DNA of 50,601 bases from Candidatus Micrarchaeota archaeon (lineage in GTDB: Archaea; Micrarchaeota; Micrarchaeia; Micrarchaeales; CABMGC01): assembly GCA_021797995.1 (NCBI GenBank), contig JAJZYR010000005.1:1-50601 (forward strand). Direction: 5' to 3'. The translations under genes and the position numbers were made by a program. Every line of letters begins with the position of its first letter. Position 1 is the stretch's first letter. The notes beneath the pieces were generated by a model. The model worked only from the letters and a program-made list of their open reading frames with translations. It was not told where the DNA came from and did no database searches. Of this stretch, positions 27,818-37,112 are shown in pieces.

Positions 27818-29710
27818 ATGGAGGTCAAAGACGTTTCTTACTACAGAAGGATAGGCTTCCTGTGCGGCCTTGAGATACACCAGAGGCTTGCGACAGCGGA
27901 GAAGCTGTTCTGCTCGTGCACCGCGACCCTGCAGCAGGGGGAACTGCCTGCCGCGGAGGTCAGGAGGCGCCAGAGGGCGGTGGCCGGCGAACTCGGAGCG
28001 GTGGACAGGGCGGCAAGCTTCGAGCAGGAGAAGGAGCAGCAGTTCATATACAGGGTCAGCGATGGCCATGCCTGCCTCGTGGACATCGACGAAGAGCCGC
28101 CGCACAGCCTCAACGCGGAGGCAATGGCCGCGGCGCTGAGCATATCGTGCGGCATGCACGCGGACATCCCCGACGAGCTTGAGCCCATGAGAAAGCTCGT
28201 GGTTGACGGCAGCAACCCAAGCGCATTCCAGAGGACCACAAAGGTAGGCATGGACGGCTACCTCAATGTAAATGGCACAAGGGTAGCCATAACCTCTGTC
28301 TTCCTCGAGGAAGAGTCCGCAGGGATCGAAAGGAGGGCAGAGGACGGCGTGGTTTATGATACAGGCAGGATAGGCATACCGCTGGTAGAGATAGACACCG
28401 ACCCGCACCTCGGCTCACCGGAGAAGGCAAAGGAAACGGCACTGGCAATCGGAACGCTTCTTAGGCTTACCGGAAAGGCGCAGCGCGGGATAGGTACGAT
28501 ACGCCAGGACGTGAACGTCTCGATAATGGGAGGGGCGCGTGTCGAGATAAAGGGCCTGCAGGACCTGGATTCGCTTGACAAGTTCGTAGAGAACGAGGTA
28601 TTGAGGCAGCAGAACCTCGTAAAGATAAAGGAGGAGCTGTCGGGCAGGAAAAACGCGTCGGTAGGCGGGGCAGTGGATATTACGCACCTTTTCACATCAA
28701 CAGGCGTGAAGATCATATCGAACGCGATCTCGTCAGGCGGCATAGTACTCGGGATCGCGCTCGGGGGCTTCGGGGGCATCCTCGGCAGGGAGATAAACCC
28801 GGAAAGGAGGCTCGGCACTGAGATAAGCGATTATGCGAAGATGGGCGGCGTAAATGGGATAATACACAGCGACGAAGACCCAAGAAAGTACGGCTTCAGG
28901 CCCGGGGAGATGGAAGCAGCTGCGAAAGCGCTCGGGGCAGGCGAAGGCGATGCATTTATACTGATAGCCGGCAGGAGGGATTCGGCGTACACGGCAGCGT
29001 CGTTTGCATCCGAGAGGGCGAAGGCTGCGATCGGGTTGGGCGTTGTTCCGGAGACGCGTGCTGCAGTAAACAACAATATGCACACTACGAAGTTCATGAG
29101 GCCGCTTGCAGGCAGGTCGAGAATGTACCCAGAAACTGACGCAACACCGATAGAGGTGAGCGGGAGCATGCTCGCAGAGGCCAGGGCCTCGGCGCCTGAC
29201 CTCGACGCCGCCATGGCCGGGCTTATGTCGGAGCTGAAGAGCAGGGCCCTTGCGGACCAGATGATAATGTCTCCGCGGCTCCAGCTGTACAGGGAGCTTG
29301 CTGGCGAGGCCGGGTCTGACAAGGCGTTCATAGCAAATACGCTGCTCCAGAAGTTTACCGAGATGAGGAGGGCAGGCTGCAACGTCGATGCGATACCGGC
29401 CGGAAGGCTGTCAGGGCTGTTTAAGGCGCACTCCGAGGGCAGGATAACGAAGAACGCGGTCGAAGAGATACTGAAGTCGCTGTCTGAGCGGGATGCGGAC
29501 ATAGAGGATATAATAAAAGCCAGGGGCTTGTCAAGGGTGACTGGGAGCGGGCTCAGGAAGATTGTACTGGAGGAACTTGAAGCTGCGGGGGGCGGCGGAA
29601 ACCGGGGGGCGATAATAAACAGGATCATGTCAAAGCACAGGCTCAACGTTGACGGAGACGAGCTGAACAGGATTCTCAGTGAGGAGGGCAGGCATGGGAA
29701 AGAAGCCTGA
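27818..29710 (+). CDS. gatE: Glu-tRNA(Gln) amidotransferase subunit E
   Basis: GLEIHQRL..KLFC, DEEPPH, DGSN.S.FQRT, RGIGTIRQDVNVS, RMYPETD. Confidence 0.95.
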   Translation: MEVKDVSYYRRIGFLCGLEIHQRLATAEKLFCSCTATLQQGELPAAEVRRRQRAVAGELGAVDRAASFEQEKEQQFIYRVSDGHACLVDIDEEPPHSLNAEAMAAALSISCGMHADIPDELEPMRKLVVDGSNPSAFQRTTKVGMDGYLNVNGTRVAITSVFLEEESAGIERRAEDGVVYDTGRIGIPLVEIDTDPHLGSPEKAKETALAIGTLLRLTGKAQRGIGTIRQDVNVSIMGGARVEIKGLQDLDSLDKFVENEVLRQQNLVKIKEELSGRKNASVGGAVDITHLFTSTGVKIISNAISSGGIVLGIALGGFGGILGREINPERRLGTEISDYAKMGGVNGIIHSDEDPRKYGFRPGEMEAAAKALGAGEGDAFILIAGRRDSAYTAASFASERAKAAIGLGVVPETRAAVNNNMHTTKFMRPLAGRSRMYPETDATPIEVSGSMLAEARASAPDLDAAMAGLMSELKSRALADQMIMSPRLQLYRELAGEAGSDKAFIANTLLQKFTEMRRAGCNVDAIPAGRLSGLFKAHSEGRITKNAVEEILKSLSERDADIEDIIKARGLSRVTGSGLRKIVLEELEAAGGGGNRGAIINRIMSKHRLNVDGDELNRILSEEGRHGKEA

Positions 29711-30221
29711 CGTAATCTATAAGGGGAGGGTGTTCGACCTTCTGGGCAGAGACCTGCACTTCAGGGGCGGGAGCATGCGGTTCGTATATGCCGCAAGCCA
29801 TGGTTCCGCGGTAATCCTGCCGGTTTCTGGCGACGGGAGGATACTTCTGGAGAGGAATTACAGGTATGCGATCCGGAAGAGCCTGTACGAGCTTCCGGCA
29901 GGACACCTGAATAAAGGGGAGAGGGCTGCGGGCGCCGCGGCCCGCGAACTCAGGGAGGAAACAGGGTACAGGCCATCAAGGCTTACGCCGCTGTTCCGTT
30001 CCTATAGCTCTCCTGGTGTCAGCAACGAACTGTACTTCTTCTTCCTGGCATCAGGCCTTGTGAAGGGCAGGGCCAGCAGGGAGCCCGACGAGCGGATGAC
30101 GCTAAGGTTCGTCACGCTGGAAAAGGCAATGACGATGATAAGGGGCAAGGAGATAGAGGACACAAAGACAATAGCCTGCCTGATGTTCTATTCTGAATTT
30201 GTAAAACGCGTGATAGCATGA
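29694..30221 (+). CDS. NUDIX hydrolase (ADP-ribose pyrophosphatase-like)
   Basis: ELPAG..GE...AARELREETGY Nudix box. Confidence 0.9.
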   Translation: MGKKPDVIYKGRVFDLLGRDLHFRGGSMRFVYAASHGSAVILPVSGDGRILLERNYRYAIRKSLYELPAGHLNKGERAAGAAARELREETGYRPSRLTPLFRSYSSPGVSNELYFFFLASGLVKGRASREPDERMTLRFVTLEKAMTMIRGKEIEDTKTIACLMFYSEFVKRVIA

Positions 30222-30904
30222 AATATACGACAATCGGGGACGATATGCAGTCGCTCAGGGTGGACATGGACCAGGGGGAGGCGGTTTACGCCGATTCCGG
30301 AACCCTTGTGAGCAAGGACGAGACGGTGGTGATGACGCCGAGGGTGGTTGGAGGCCTCATCGGCATGATAGAGAGGAAGGCCACCGGCGCCACCGCGCTG
30401 CTTACGGAATTCAGGGCGCTGAATGGGCCGGGGCACATGCAGGTAGCCGATATCTTTCCGGGCAAGATAGTTGCAATCGACATTCCGCAGGGCGGCAAGT
30501 TCTCCGCGGAAAGGAGGGCGTTCCTCGTGGCCGAGGGGTCTGTCAAGTTCGACATACACGTGACAAACCTCTCGGGAGGCATGTTCGGCGGCACGGGCTT
30601 CGTGCTCCAGGAGTTTTCCGGCCCCGGGAGGATTTACATACACGCCGTAGGCGACGTCATGGAGCACAACCTTGACGGCACGAAGGCAGTGGAGGTGGAT
30701 CCTACGCACATTACGGGATTCGACAGCACGCTGAGCTACAAGATACGGTTTGTGGACAACATAAAGACTGCGATGTTCGGCGGCATAGGATTATTCCTGG
30801 CTACTTTCACTGGAAAGGGCAGGCTCATAACGCAGACGAGCTCACGCTACAAGCTCTCTGCCGAGATATACACGCAAGGGCAGCAGACGCTGAAAGGGAA
30901 GTAA
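30218..30904 (+). CDS. AIM24 family protein
   Basis: GDDMQSL, GEAVYAD.G, FPGKI, FGGTGFVLQ.FSG.G, FGG.GLF. Confidence 0.85.
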   Translation: MKYTTIGDDMQSLRVDMDQGEAVYADSGTLVSKDETVVMTPRVVGGLIGMIERKATGATALLTEFRALNGPGHMQVADIFPGKIVAIDIPQGGKFSAERRAFLVAEGSVKFDIHVTNLSGGMFGGTGFVLQEFSGPGRIYIHAVGDVMEHNLDGTKAVEVDPTHITGFDSTLSYKIRFVDNIKTAMFGGIGLFLATFTGKGRLITQTSSRYKLSAEIYTQGQQTLKGK

Positions 30905-30914
30905 CGGCTGGCGG

Positions 30915-31187
30915 TTGAAGCACATGAAGATTCTGCGGTCGAGAGGCAGATTCTATACGAAGACCGGAGGGGCTGAGCTGCTCTACAGCATTACGGATGA
31001 TGGGATAATGAGCATATACCACACCTTTGTCCCTGAGGGCCAGAGGGGAAAGGGGATCGCAGAGAAGCTCGCTGCCGCGGCGTTCGGATTCGCGGAATCC
31101 TCCGGATTCCGCGTGCGCCCTGACTGCCCATACATCCTGCACTTCCTGGAAGAGCATCCGGAGTTCAGGAGGCTGGCAGTTGCCTGA
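30915..31187 (+). CDS. small GNAT-fold acetyltransferase (YjdJ-like)
   Basis: HTFVP..RGKGIA..L, P.CPY. Confidence 0.85.
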   Translation: MKHMKILRSRGRFYTKTGGAELLYSITDDGIMSIYHTFVPEGQRGKGIAEKLAAAAFGFAESSGFRVRPDCPYILHFLEEHPEFRRLAVA

Positions 31188-31250
31188 CGTCCCCTGAAGC
31201 ATGCAATCGGAATTCCGTACGCGGGAAGCTGTGGCATATACCCGAACCTG

Positions 31251-31907
31251 CTACTCCCTGCTTTTCCTACTGTTGGAATGGCGCCTCCAGAACTCCTTTT
31301 CAAGCCTCTCAAGCCTTACTCCCCTTGCATGCGCCGCTACCAGCGCATGATATATCAGGTCGCATGCCTCCCACGCAACCTCCTTTCTGTTCTTCTTCTG
31401 CAGCGCCTCCACAAGCTCCTCGCTCTCCTCGCGTATCTTTGCCACTGCCAGGCGCCTGTCGCCGGCAAGCCTTGCCGTATACGACCCTGCCGGCCGGTCC
31501 TTGATGCGCTCCCCTATTATTGAATCGAGCTCTGCAAGCCCAAGGCGGCAGCTGCTGTCGCCGAAGCTCCTGACAAAGCAGCTCCTCCTGCCGGTGTGGC
31601 ACGCGTTCCCGGATCCGCCGACTTCGGCGCGATACTGCAGCGCGTCCCTGTCGCAGTCAGCCCAGACAGAAACGACGCGCATCACGTTGCCCGAGGTCTC
31701 GCCCTTCATCCACAGCCTATTCCTGGAGCGGCTGAAGAAATGCGCTTTTCCTGTGATTAAAGTGAGGGCCACGGCCTCGCTGTTCGCGTACGCGAGCATC
31801 AGGACCCCCGTGCCTGCAGTGTCGGAGACTACGACAGGCAGTAGGCCATCTGCGGAATACCTGAGGCTCTTGGCAAACTTTTTCGCTGCGTTCCTGCCTA
31901 CTTTCAT
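31251..31907 (-). CDS. hisIE: bifunctional PR-AMP cyclohydrolase / PR-ATP pyrophosphatase
   Basis: SRSR..LW.KGETSGN, DCDRD, ACHTG..SCF; SYTA.L, KI.EE..E, E..DL.YH. Confidence 0.93.
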   Translation of the reverse strand: MKVGRNAAKKFAKSLRYSADGLLPVVVSDTAGTGVLMLAYANSEAVALTLITGKAHFFSRSRNRLWMKGETSGNVMRVVSVWADCDRDALQYRAEVGGSGNACHTGRRSCFVRSFGDSSCRLGLAELDSIIGERIKDRPAGSYTARLAGDRRLAVAKIREESEELVEALQKKNRKEVAWEACDLIYHALVAAHARGVRLERLEKEFWRRHSNSRKSRE

Positions 31908-32665
31908 GCCCTTACCTCTATGCCTCTTGCGGCAAGCTCCTTCTTGCAGCCCTCTACGGTTGCCTTGCCGAAATGGAAGATCCCGGCTGCAAGTGCCCCA
32001 GACGCCTTGGTCTTCTGGAAGACCTCTACAATGTCATTGACAGACGAGCAGCCCCCTGAGGCTATCAGCGGAAGGCTTGAAGCTTCGCCAGCAGCCCTGA
32101 GCATCTCTATGTCAAACCCCTTCCCTGTGCCGTCCCTGTCGATCGATGTAAGCAGGACCTCGCCAGCTCCCCTTGCATCTATCTCCGGAAGCCACTTATC
32201 GAGCGTATGTCCTGTCTGCCTGGTTCCTGCATCCGCAAAGCAGAAAAACGAGTTTCCTGCCCTCTTTGCATCCACGGCAATCACCACTGCCTGCGATCCG
32301 AACTCCCTGGCGCATTCTGAGATCAGCGCTGGCCTGTCGAGTGCTGCGGTGTTTATCGAGCACTGGTCTGCACCATGCTTGATGCGCGCCTCAAAGTCCC
32401 TTATGCTTCTTATGCCGCCGCCTACGCAGAGAGGGATTGAGCACACTGATGAGACGTCAGCGATGACGCCAAGAAAGGGCGTGCGCCTCTGCACCGTGGC
32501 GCCTATGTCCAGCATTACCAGCTCGTCTGCATGCTGGTACCCCGCAGCAAGCTCAACTGGCATGCCGGCATATCTGGGCCTGCCGAACTTCCTGCCTTTG
32601 AGCACGACCACTCTGCCGTTGCGCACGTCGCAGTCAAGGCAAGGTATCACTCTTCTTGCAAGCAT
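31904..32665 (-). CDS. hisF: imidazole glycerol phosphate synthase cyclase subunit
   Basis: RRVIPCLD, ADEL..LDI, VGGGIR, LTSIDRDGT..GFD, IASGG. Confidence 0.95.
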   Translation of the reverse strand: MLARRVIPCLDCDVRNGRVVVLKGRKFGRPRYAGMPVELAAGYQHADELVMLDIGATVQRRTPFLGVIADVSSVCSIPLCVGGGIRSIRDFEARIKHGADQCSINTAALDRPALISECAREFGSQAVVIAVDAKRAGNSFFCFADAGTRQTGHTLDKWLPEIDARGAGEVLLTSIDRDGTGKGFDIEMLRAAGEASSLPLIASGGCSSVNDIVEVFQKTKASGALAAGIFHFGKATVEGCKKELAARGIEVRA

Positions 32666-33372
32666 AGCAAATCCCTCAGATCAGTATCGGCTTTGTACAG
32701 CGCACTGCCGAATATCACGCCGCTGGCCCCCAGCCCGAACGCGTTGCGTGCGTCCTCTGCACCGCGAATCCCTCCTGCAATCCAGACAGGCTTACCGGTG
32801 CCGATGGCCCCCTGGAAGAGTAGCCCGAGCGCGGGCCCCGACGCCATTCCGTCTGCGTCCACCGAACCAATTATCACACCTCCGACACCGCATCCCCAGG
32901 CCGCGCTGACAGCATCCGGGGCTCCGACTCCGGAGCCGTCCTTCCACCCCCTTATCATCGCCATTGGCGGCTTCCCAGAAAAATCCAGGGAGCCCCATAC
33001 CCTCTCCTTTCCGAACTCCTTCACCGCCGCAATGACCTCTTCCCTGGCCTTGAAAATAGAGGTGCCAAAGACAACCTCGTCGCATCCGTGCCCGAATGCT
33101 TCCGCAGCAGACCTCCTGCTTCTTATCCCGCCGGCCCACTGTATCCTCATCCTCTTGCACGCCCTCCGCATCGCCATAAGGACGCCGAACTGGTTTTCCC
33201 CTCCAAATGCCGCATCGAGATCCACTACATGCACCACACCGAACCCTGCAGAATCGTATCTGGCAGCGAGGCTGACCGGCTCGCCGAACACCCTCTCGGA
33301 ACCCTGCCTTCCCTGGGTCAGCCTCACCGCTTTGCCGTTCAGTATGTCTATAGATGGCACGACGATCTTCAT
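32647..33372 (-). CDS. hisA: ProFAR isomerase
   Basis: PSIDI..GKAVRL.QG, HVVDLDAA, GGIRS, DGM.SGP; start MKIVV at 33372. Confidence 0.93.
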   Translation of the reverse strand: MKIVVPSIDILNGKAVRLTQGRQGSERVFGEPVSLAARYDSAGFGVVHVVDLDAAFGGENQFGVLMAMRRACKRMRIQWAGGIRSRRSAAEAFGHGCDEVVFGTSIFKAREEVIAAVKEFGKERVWGSLDFSGKPPMAMIRGWKDGSGVGAPDAVSAAWGCGVGGVIIGSVDADGMASGPALGLLFQGAIGTGKPVWIAGGIRGAEDARNAFGLGASGVIFGSALYKADTDLRDLLCLQEE

Positions 33373-33376
33373 AGCA

Positions 33377-33979
33377 TCATAACCCGCATATCCTGGAGAA
33401 ATTTGCGATAACCCTTTCGCCCGCCGACCCGCTCCTCTCCGGATGGAACTGCACGCCCCACCACCTGCCCGTCCTGACTGCCGAGGCAAACCTCTCGCCG
33501 TATTCTGTCGTGCCTATGATCTCGGCCCTGTCCCTTGGGAAGGCGGCATAGGAGTTTGCGAAGTAAAAGTACTCCTCGTTCCGGATCCCTGCAAACAGCG
33601 GATCGCACGACTCCTGCCTTACCCTGTTCCAGCCGAGCTCCGGCAGCCGCATGCCTGCATTAAGCTTCCTTACCTCACCGCTTATCACGCCGAGGCCCCT
33701 CACCCTGCTGGCCTCGCCGCTGCCCTCGAAGAGCGCCTGCATGCCAAGGCAGATGCACAGTACCGGCACCTCCCTGCCAAGCGTCTCGTAGCCGTCTGAG
33801 ACTGCCTTCCTCATCTGCGGCACGACATTGAAGGACCCGACTCCGGGGAGGACCACGCCCCTCACGCTGCGTCCGTACCTGTACTTCCCCACTATGCGCG
33901 CAGGAGCGCCTGCGCGCGCGAACGCATTTAGGACGGAGTTGACGTTCCCAGCCCTGCCAAAGTTTATTATTTGTATCAA
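33377..33979 (-). CDS. hisH: IGP synthase glutamine amidotransferase subunit
   Basis: GNVNSV, LPGVGSF, ICLGMQ, GWN, YFANSY, QFHPERS; TTG start overlapping the hisG stop. Confidence 0.93.
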   Translation of the reverse strand: MIQIINFGRAGNVNSVLNAFARAGAPARIVGKYRYGRSVRGVVLPGVGSFNVVPQMRKAVSDGYETLGREVPVLCICLGMQALFEGSGEASRVRGLGVISGEVRKLNAGMRLPELGWNRVRQESCDPLFAGIRNEEYFYFANSYAAFPRDRAEIIGTTEYGERFASAVRTGRWWGVQFHPERSGSAGERVIANFSRICGL

Positions 33980-34833
33980 GGGATCGCCTTGTCCAATGAC
34001 ATTACCAGGATGTCCTTGCCGCCTGCGGACTTTACCTTGCGTATCACCGTTGCAAGCTGCGATGTCTCTACGACCGTCTGGACAGCCCATTCCTCACTCT
34101 TCGCAAGCTTGAGCACCGTGGGGCTCTCCATAGAAGGCAGCACGCCGATTATCTGGTCGCGTGCTTTTTTCGACGGCGCATTTATGACGACATACTTGAG
34201 GTTCTTCGCCTTTATCACCCCTGCAAGGGAGATCGCGATCTCCTCGAGTATCTGTTCGCTGCCCTTCTCCTTCCTGCCGGTGGCCACGAGCCATGCAGAC
34301 GAATCGGTTATCTTCTCCACCTTCTTCATCCTGTTTGCCTTGAGGGTCCTTCCGGTCTGCACCTGGTCTATTATGGCGTCGGCCAGGCCGGCAGACGGGG
34401 CTATCTCAACCGCACCGTAGAGAAGCACCAGCTCCGCATCCACTCCGTTCCTACTGAGATACGATGACGAGATCCTTGGCAGCTTTGTGGCTATCTTCTT
34501 GCCAGACAGGTCCTTCGCCGAGCGTATCCCCGATCCCTCCGGCACCGCAAGGGCTATCTCGCACCTTCCGAACCCAAGGTCCATGACCCTCCTTGCCGTG
34601 CTGGAGCTCTCAAGGAGCATGTCCCTTCCGGTTATGCCTGCATACGCGGCTCCGTTCTCCACGTATCTTGTCACGTCCTGGGCCCTGACGAAGAGGTACT
34701 CTACCCTTCCATCCTCGCACCTGGCCCTCAGCGTCGCGTCAGGGCTGTCCAGCACCGCGAAGCCCGCATCTTTAAGCATCTGCATAGCCGGACCGTTCAG
34801 CGCCCCTTTGTTAGGTATGGCAACCCTCATCAT
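33976..34833 (-). CDS. hisG: ATP phosphoribosyltransferase, long form
   Basis: AIPNKG, RAQDV, GITG.D, IATK, GAVE.AP..GLADAI.D.VQTG.TL, C-terminal regulatory domain. Confidence 0.95.
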   Translation of the reverse strand: MMRVAIPNKGALNGPAMQMLKDAGFAVLDSPDATLRARCEDGRVEYLFVRAQDVTRYVENGAAYAGITGRDMLLESSSTARRVMDLGFGRCEIALAVPEGSGIRSAKDLSGKKIATKLPRISSSYLSRNGVDAELVLLYGAVEIAPSAGLADAIIDQVQTGRTLKANRMKKVEKITDSSAWLVATGRKEKGSEQILEEIAISLAGVIKAKNLKYVVINAPSKKARDQIIGVLPSMESPTVLKLAKSEEWAVQTVVETSQLATVIRKVKSAGGKDILVMSLDKAIP

Positions 34834-35427
34834 CTACAAAACCCCTTTGGTCGAGGGCAGCACGGCCCTCGCCCTTTTCCTTACTGTGCATGCCTGCGCG
34901 CACGCGCGCGCGAAGCCCTTGAATATGCCTTCGCACTTGTGGTGGTCGTTGCCTTCGTAGAGCAGCCGAACGGCCACGTTGCACCTCGCGCCCTGCGCAA
35001 AACCAGCGAAGAATTCCTTGACCAGATCGCTCTGCATCCCGCCTATGAACTCCCTGCCGAACCGCGCATCGAAAATGAGGTGCGCCCTGCCTCCAAAGTC
35101 TACGGCGACCAGCGAGAGCGTCTCATCCATGGGAAACGCGAAGCATCCTGAGCGCGCTATCCCTTTCTTGTCTCCAAGTGCCTTGTCAAAGGCGCTGCCC
35201 AAGACTATGCCAACATCCTCGACAAGGTGATGCTGGTCGACCTCCGTATCGCCCCTCGCCCTGACTTCAAGATCGAAGAGGCCGTGCTTTGCAAACGCGG
35301 CAAGCATGTGATTGAAGAAGCCTATGCCTGTATCGGCCCTGCCCTCCCCCCTGCCTTCGATCAGGAGCCTGAGCCTGATGTCAGTCTCCCTGGTCTTCCT
35401 GCCTATTGCGGCATATCTCTTTCTCAT
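34834..35427 (-). CDS. hisB: imidazoleglycerol-phosphate dehydratase
   Basis: RKTRETDI, TGIGFFNHML, DQHHLVED, PMDE, NDHHK.E. Confidence 0.95.
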   Translation of the reverse strand: MRKRYAAIGRKTRETDIRLRLLIEGRGEGRADTGIGFFNHMLAAFAKHGLFDLEVRARGDTEVDQHHLVEDVGIVLGSAFDKALGDKKGIARSGCFAFPMDETLSLVAVDFGGRAHLIFDARFGREFIGGMQSDLVKEFFAGFAQGARCNVAVRLLYEGNDHHKCEGIFKGFARACAQACTVRKRARAVLPSTKGVL

Positions 35428-37112
35428 TCAAACAACCCCCTGAGCGCGGCGTTGACGTCTCCGAACCTCGCAAACTCGCCCTTCTGCATCCTTCCTTTCA
35501 TTATGGCTACGAACGGCATGCCGGCGTTTGCCGCAGCGGCCCTGTCACTGGCCGAGTCGCCGATGTACACCGGGTTCACTGAGCCCGTGAGCTTCTTGGC
35601 CAGCAGGAGCGGCTCGGGCGCGGGTTTCTCCTCCACGCAGTCGTCCATAGAGACCAGTGGCGTATTCCTTGGAAGACCAAGCTTCTCCATGGCCATCATG
35701 GCCTCTGATCTTGGCCTTCCGGTAACTATGCCGACCTTTCTCCTGCCAATGGCCTTTAACATTCCAGGGTCAAGCAGCGCCTTCTCGTTAGAGATCAGGC
35801 CGCGGAGGCTGCCGTCGCCGAGGTAGAATCGCTGGAAGACCGGCACCACTCTGCCTGTTGTTGCATCTGATCCGATGCGCCTGAGCAGCTCTGCCGTCGC
35901 ATTCCAGTCGTTGTTCATGCCCTCCATCGCCTTTACCCCCTGCACCTCCCTCATGCTTACCCTCCTGCCCGACAGCTCCTCTGCCGCCAACCGGATTGCC
36001 GTATTGTAGGACTGCGAGATGTCTATCAGGGTGCCGTCGATGTCGAAAAGAACGGCGTCGAAGCTCTGCGCGAGGACTCTCCTGAGCTCTAGGAGCAGGC
36101 GCCTGTTCTCCTTGGGCCTGCCTATCGTTATCCTGACGCTGTTCTCAAGCCTTCTCTTTCCTGAGAAGTCCCTTATTATTATGCTGCGCTCGGCGAGCTT
36201 TTTTTGCACATTGGCGGCATCCGCCCACCGGGGGCACTTGCAGAGGAGGAAATTGGCTGCTGACGGGAAGACCTCGAACCAGAGGGCTGAGAGCCCTGCG
36301 GCCATTGCCTCCCTGTCAGAGGACAGGATGCGCACGTCCTTTGCCATCTTCGCCCTGCCAGCGGAGAGCGCCCTGAGCGCAAGCCTCTGGGAAGGGACAG
36401 AAACGCTGTACGGGGGCTTTATCTTCATTATCAGGTCTATCACCTCCTTGGAGGCAACCACATATCCTATGCGTATTCCTGCAAGCCCCCACGCCTTCGA
36501 GAAGGTCCTTGAGACGATAAGGTTCGGGATCTTGTTTACAAGCCCAGCGGCGCTTTCCCCTGAGAATTCCGCATATGCCTCATCAACAAAGACCATTGCC
36601 TTTATGCCTTTTGCAAGCTTTTTTATCTCCTCCAAGGGCTGCAGCCTACCTGTAGGGTTGTTGGGCGATGAGAAGAAGACCATCTTTGTCCTCGGATCAG
36701 CCCTTGACGTTATGCTCTCCGCATCTATTCTGAAATCCTTGCCGAGCTGGGACACAGTCACCCTGAGCCCGTTTACTTCTGCGGTGACCCTGTACATCGA
36801 GTAGTCAGGGTATACGCATATGATACTGTCGCCACGCTCGCAGAACACCCGCATGGCCAGGTCAATCAGTTCATCAGAGCCGTTGCCTGCAACCACGTTC
36901 CTCCAGCTTGTCCCCATCCCGACATAATTGGCAATGGCCCTCCGCAGTTCCAGCTGGTCGGAATCCGGATACCTGTTGAGGCCGGCGCGGCCGTACGGGC
37001 TCTCGTTCGCATCAAGGAAGACCTCGGCCTTTTTGAACAGGCCCCGAGCGCATGTGTAGGGTTCCAGCTCCAACACGCCCCTCCTTGCAAGGCCCTTTGC
37101 CAGGTTAACCAT
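35424..37112 (-). CDS. hisC: histidinol-phosphate aminotransferase fused to a HAD phosphatase
   Basis: LDANESP, NRYPD, GNGSDE, SPNNPTG, DEAY, RTFSKAWGLAG.R.GY; then FDIDGTL, VTGRP, KP.P, YIGDS..D. Confidence 0.9.
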   Translation of the reverse strand: MVNLAKGLARRGVLELEPYTCARGLFKKAEVFLDANESPYGRAGLNRYPDSDQLELRRAIANYVGMGTSWRNVVAGNGSDELIDLAMRVFCERGDSIICVYPDYSMYRVTAEVNGLRVTVSQLGKDFRIDAESITSRADPRTKMVFFSSPNNPTGRLQPLEEIKKLAKGIKAMVFVDEAYAEFSGESAAGLVNKIPNLIVSRTFSKAWGLAGIRIGYVVASKEVIDLIMKIKPPYSVSVPSQRLALRALSAGRAKMAKDVRILSSDREAMAAGLSALWFEVFPSAANFLLCKCPRWADAANVQKKLAERSIIIRDFSGKRRLENSVRITIGRPKENRRLLLELRRVLAQSFDAVLFDIDGTLIDISQSYNTAIRLAAEELSGRRVSMREVQGVKAMEGMNNDWNATAELLRRIGSDATTGRVVPVFQRFYLGDGSLRGLISNEKALLDPGMLKAIGRRKVGIVTGRPRSEAMMAMEKLGLPRNTPLVSMDDCVEEKPAPEPLLLAKKLTGSVNPVYIGDSASDRAAAANAGMPFVAIMKGRMQKGEFARFGDVNAALRGLFE

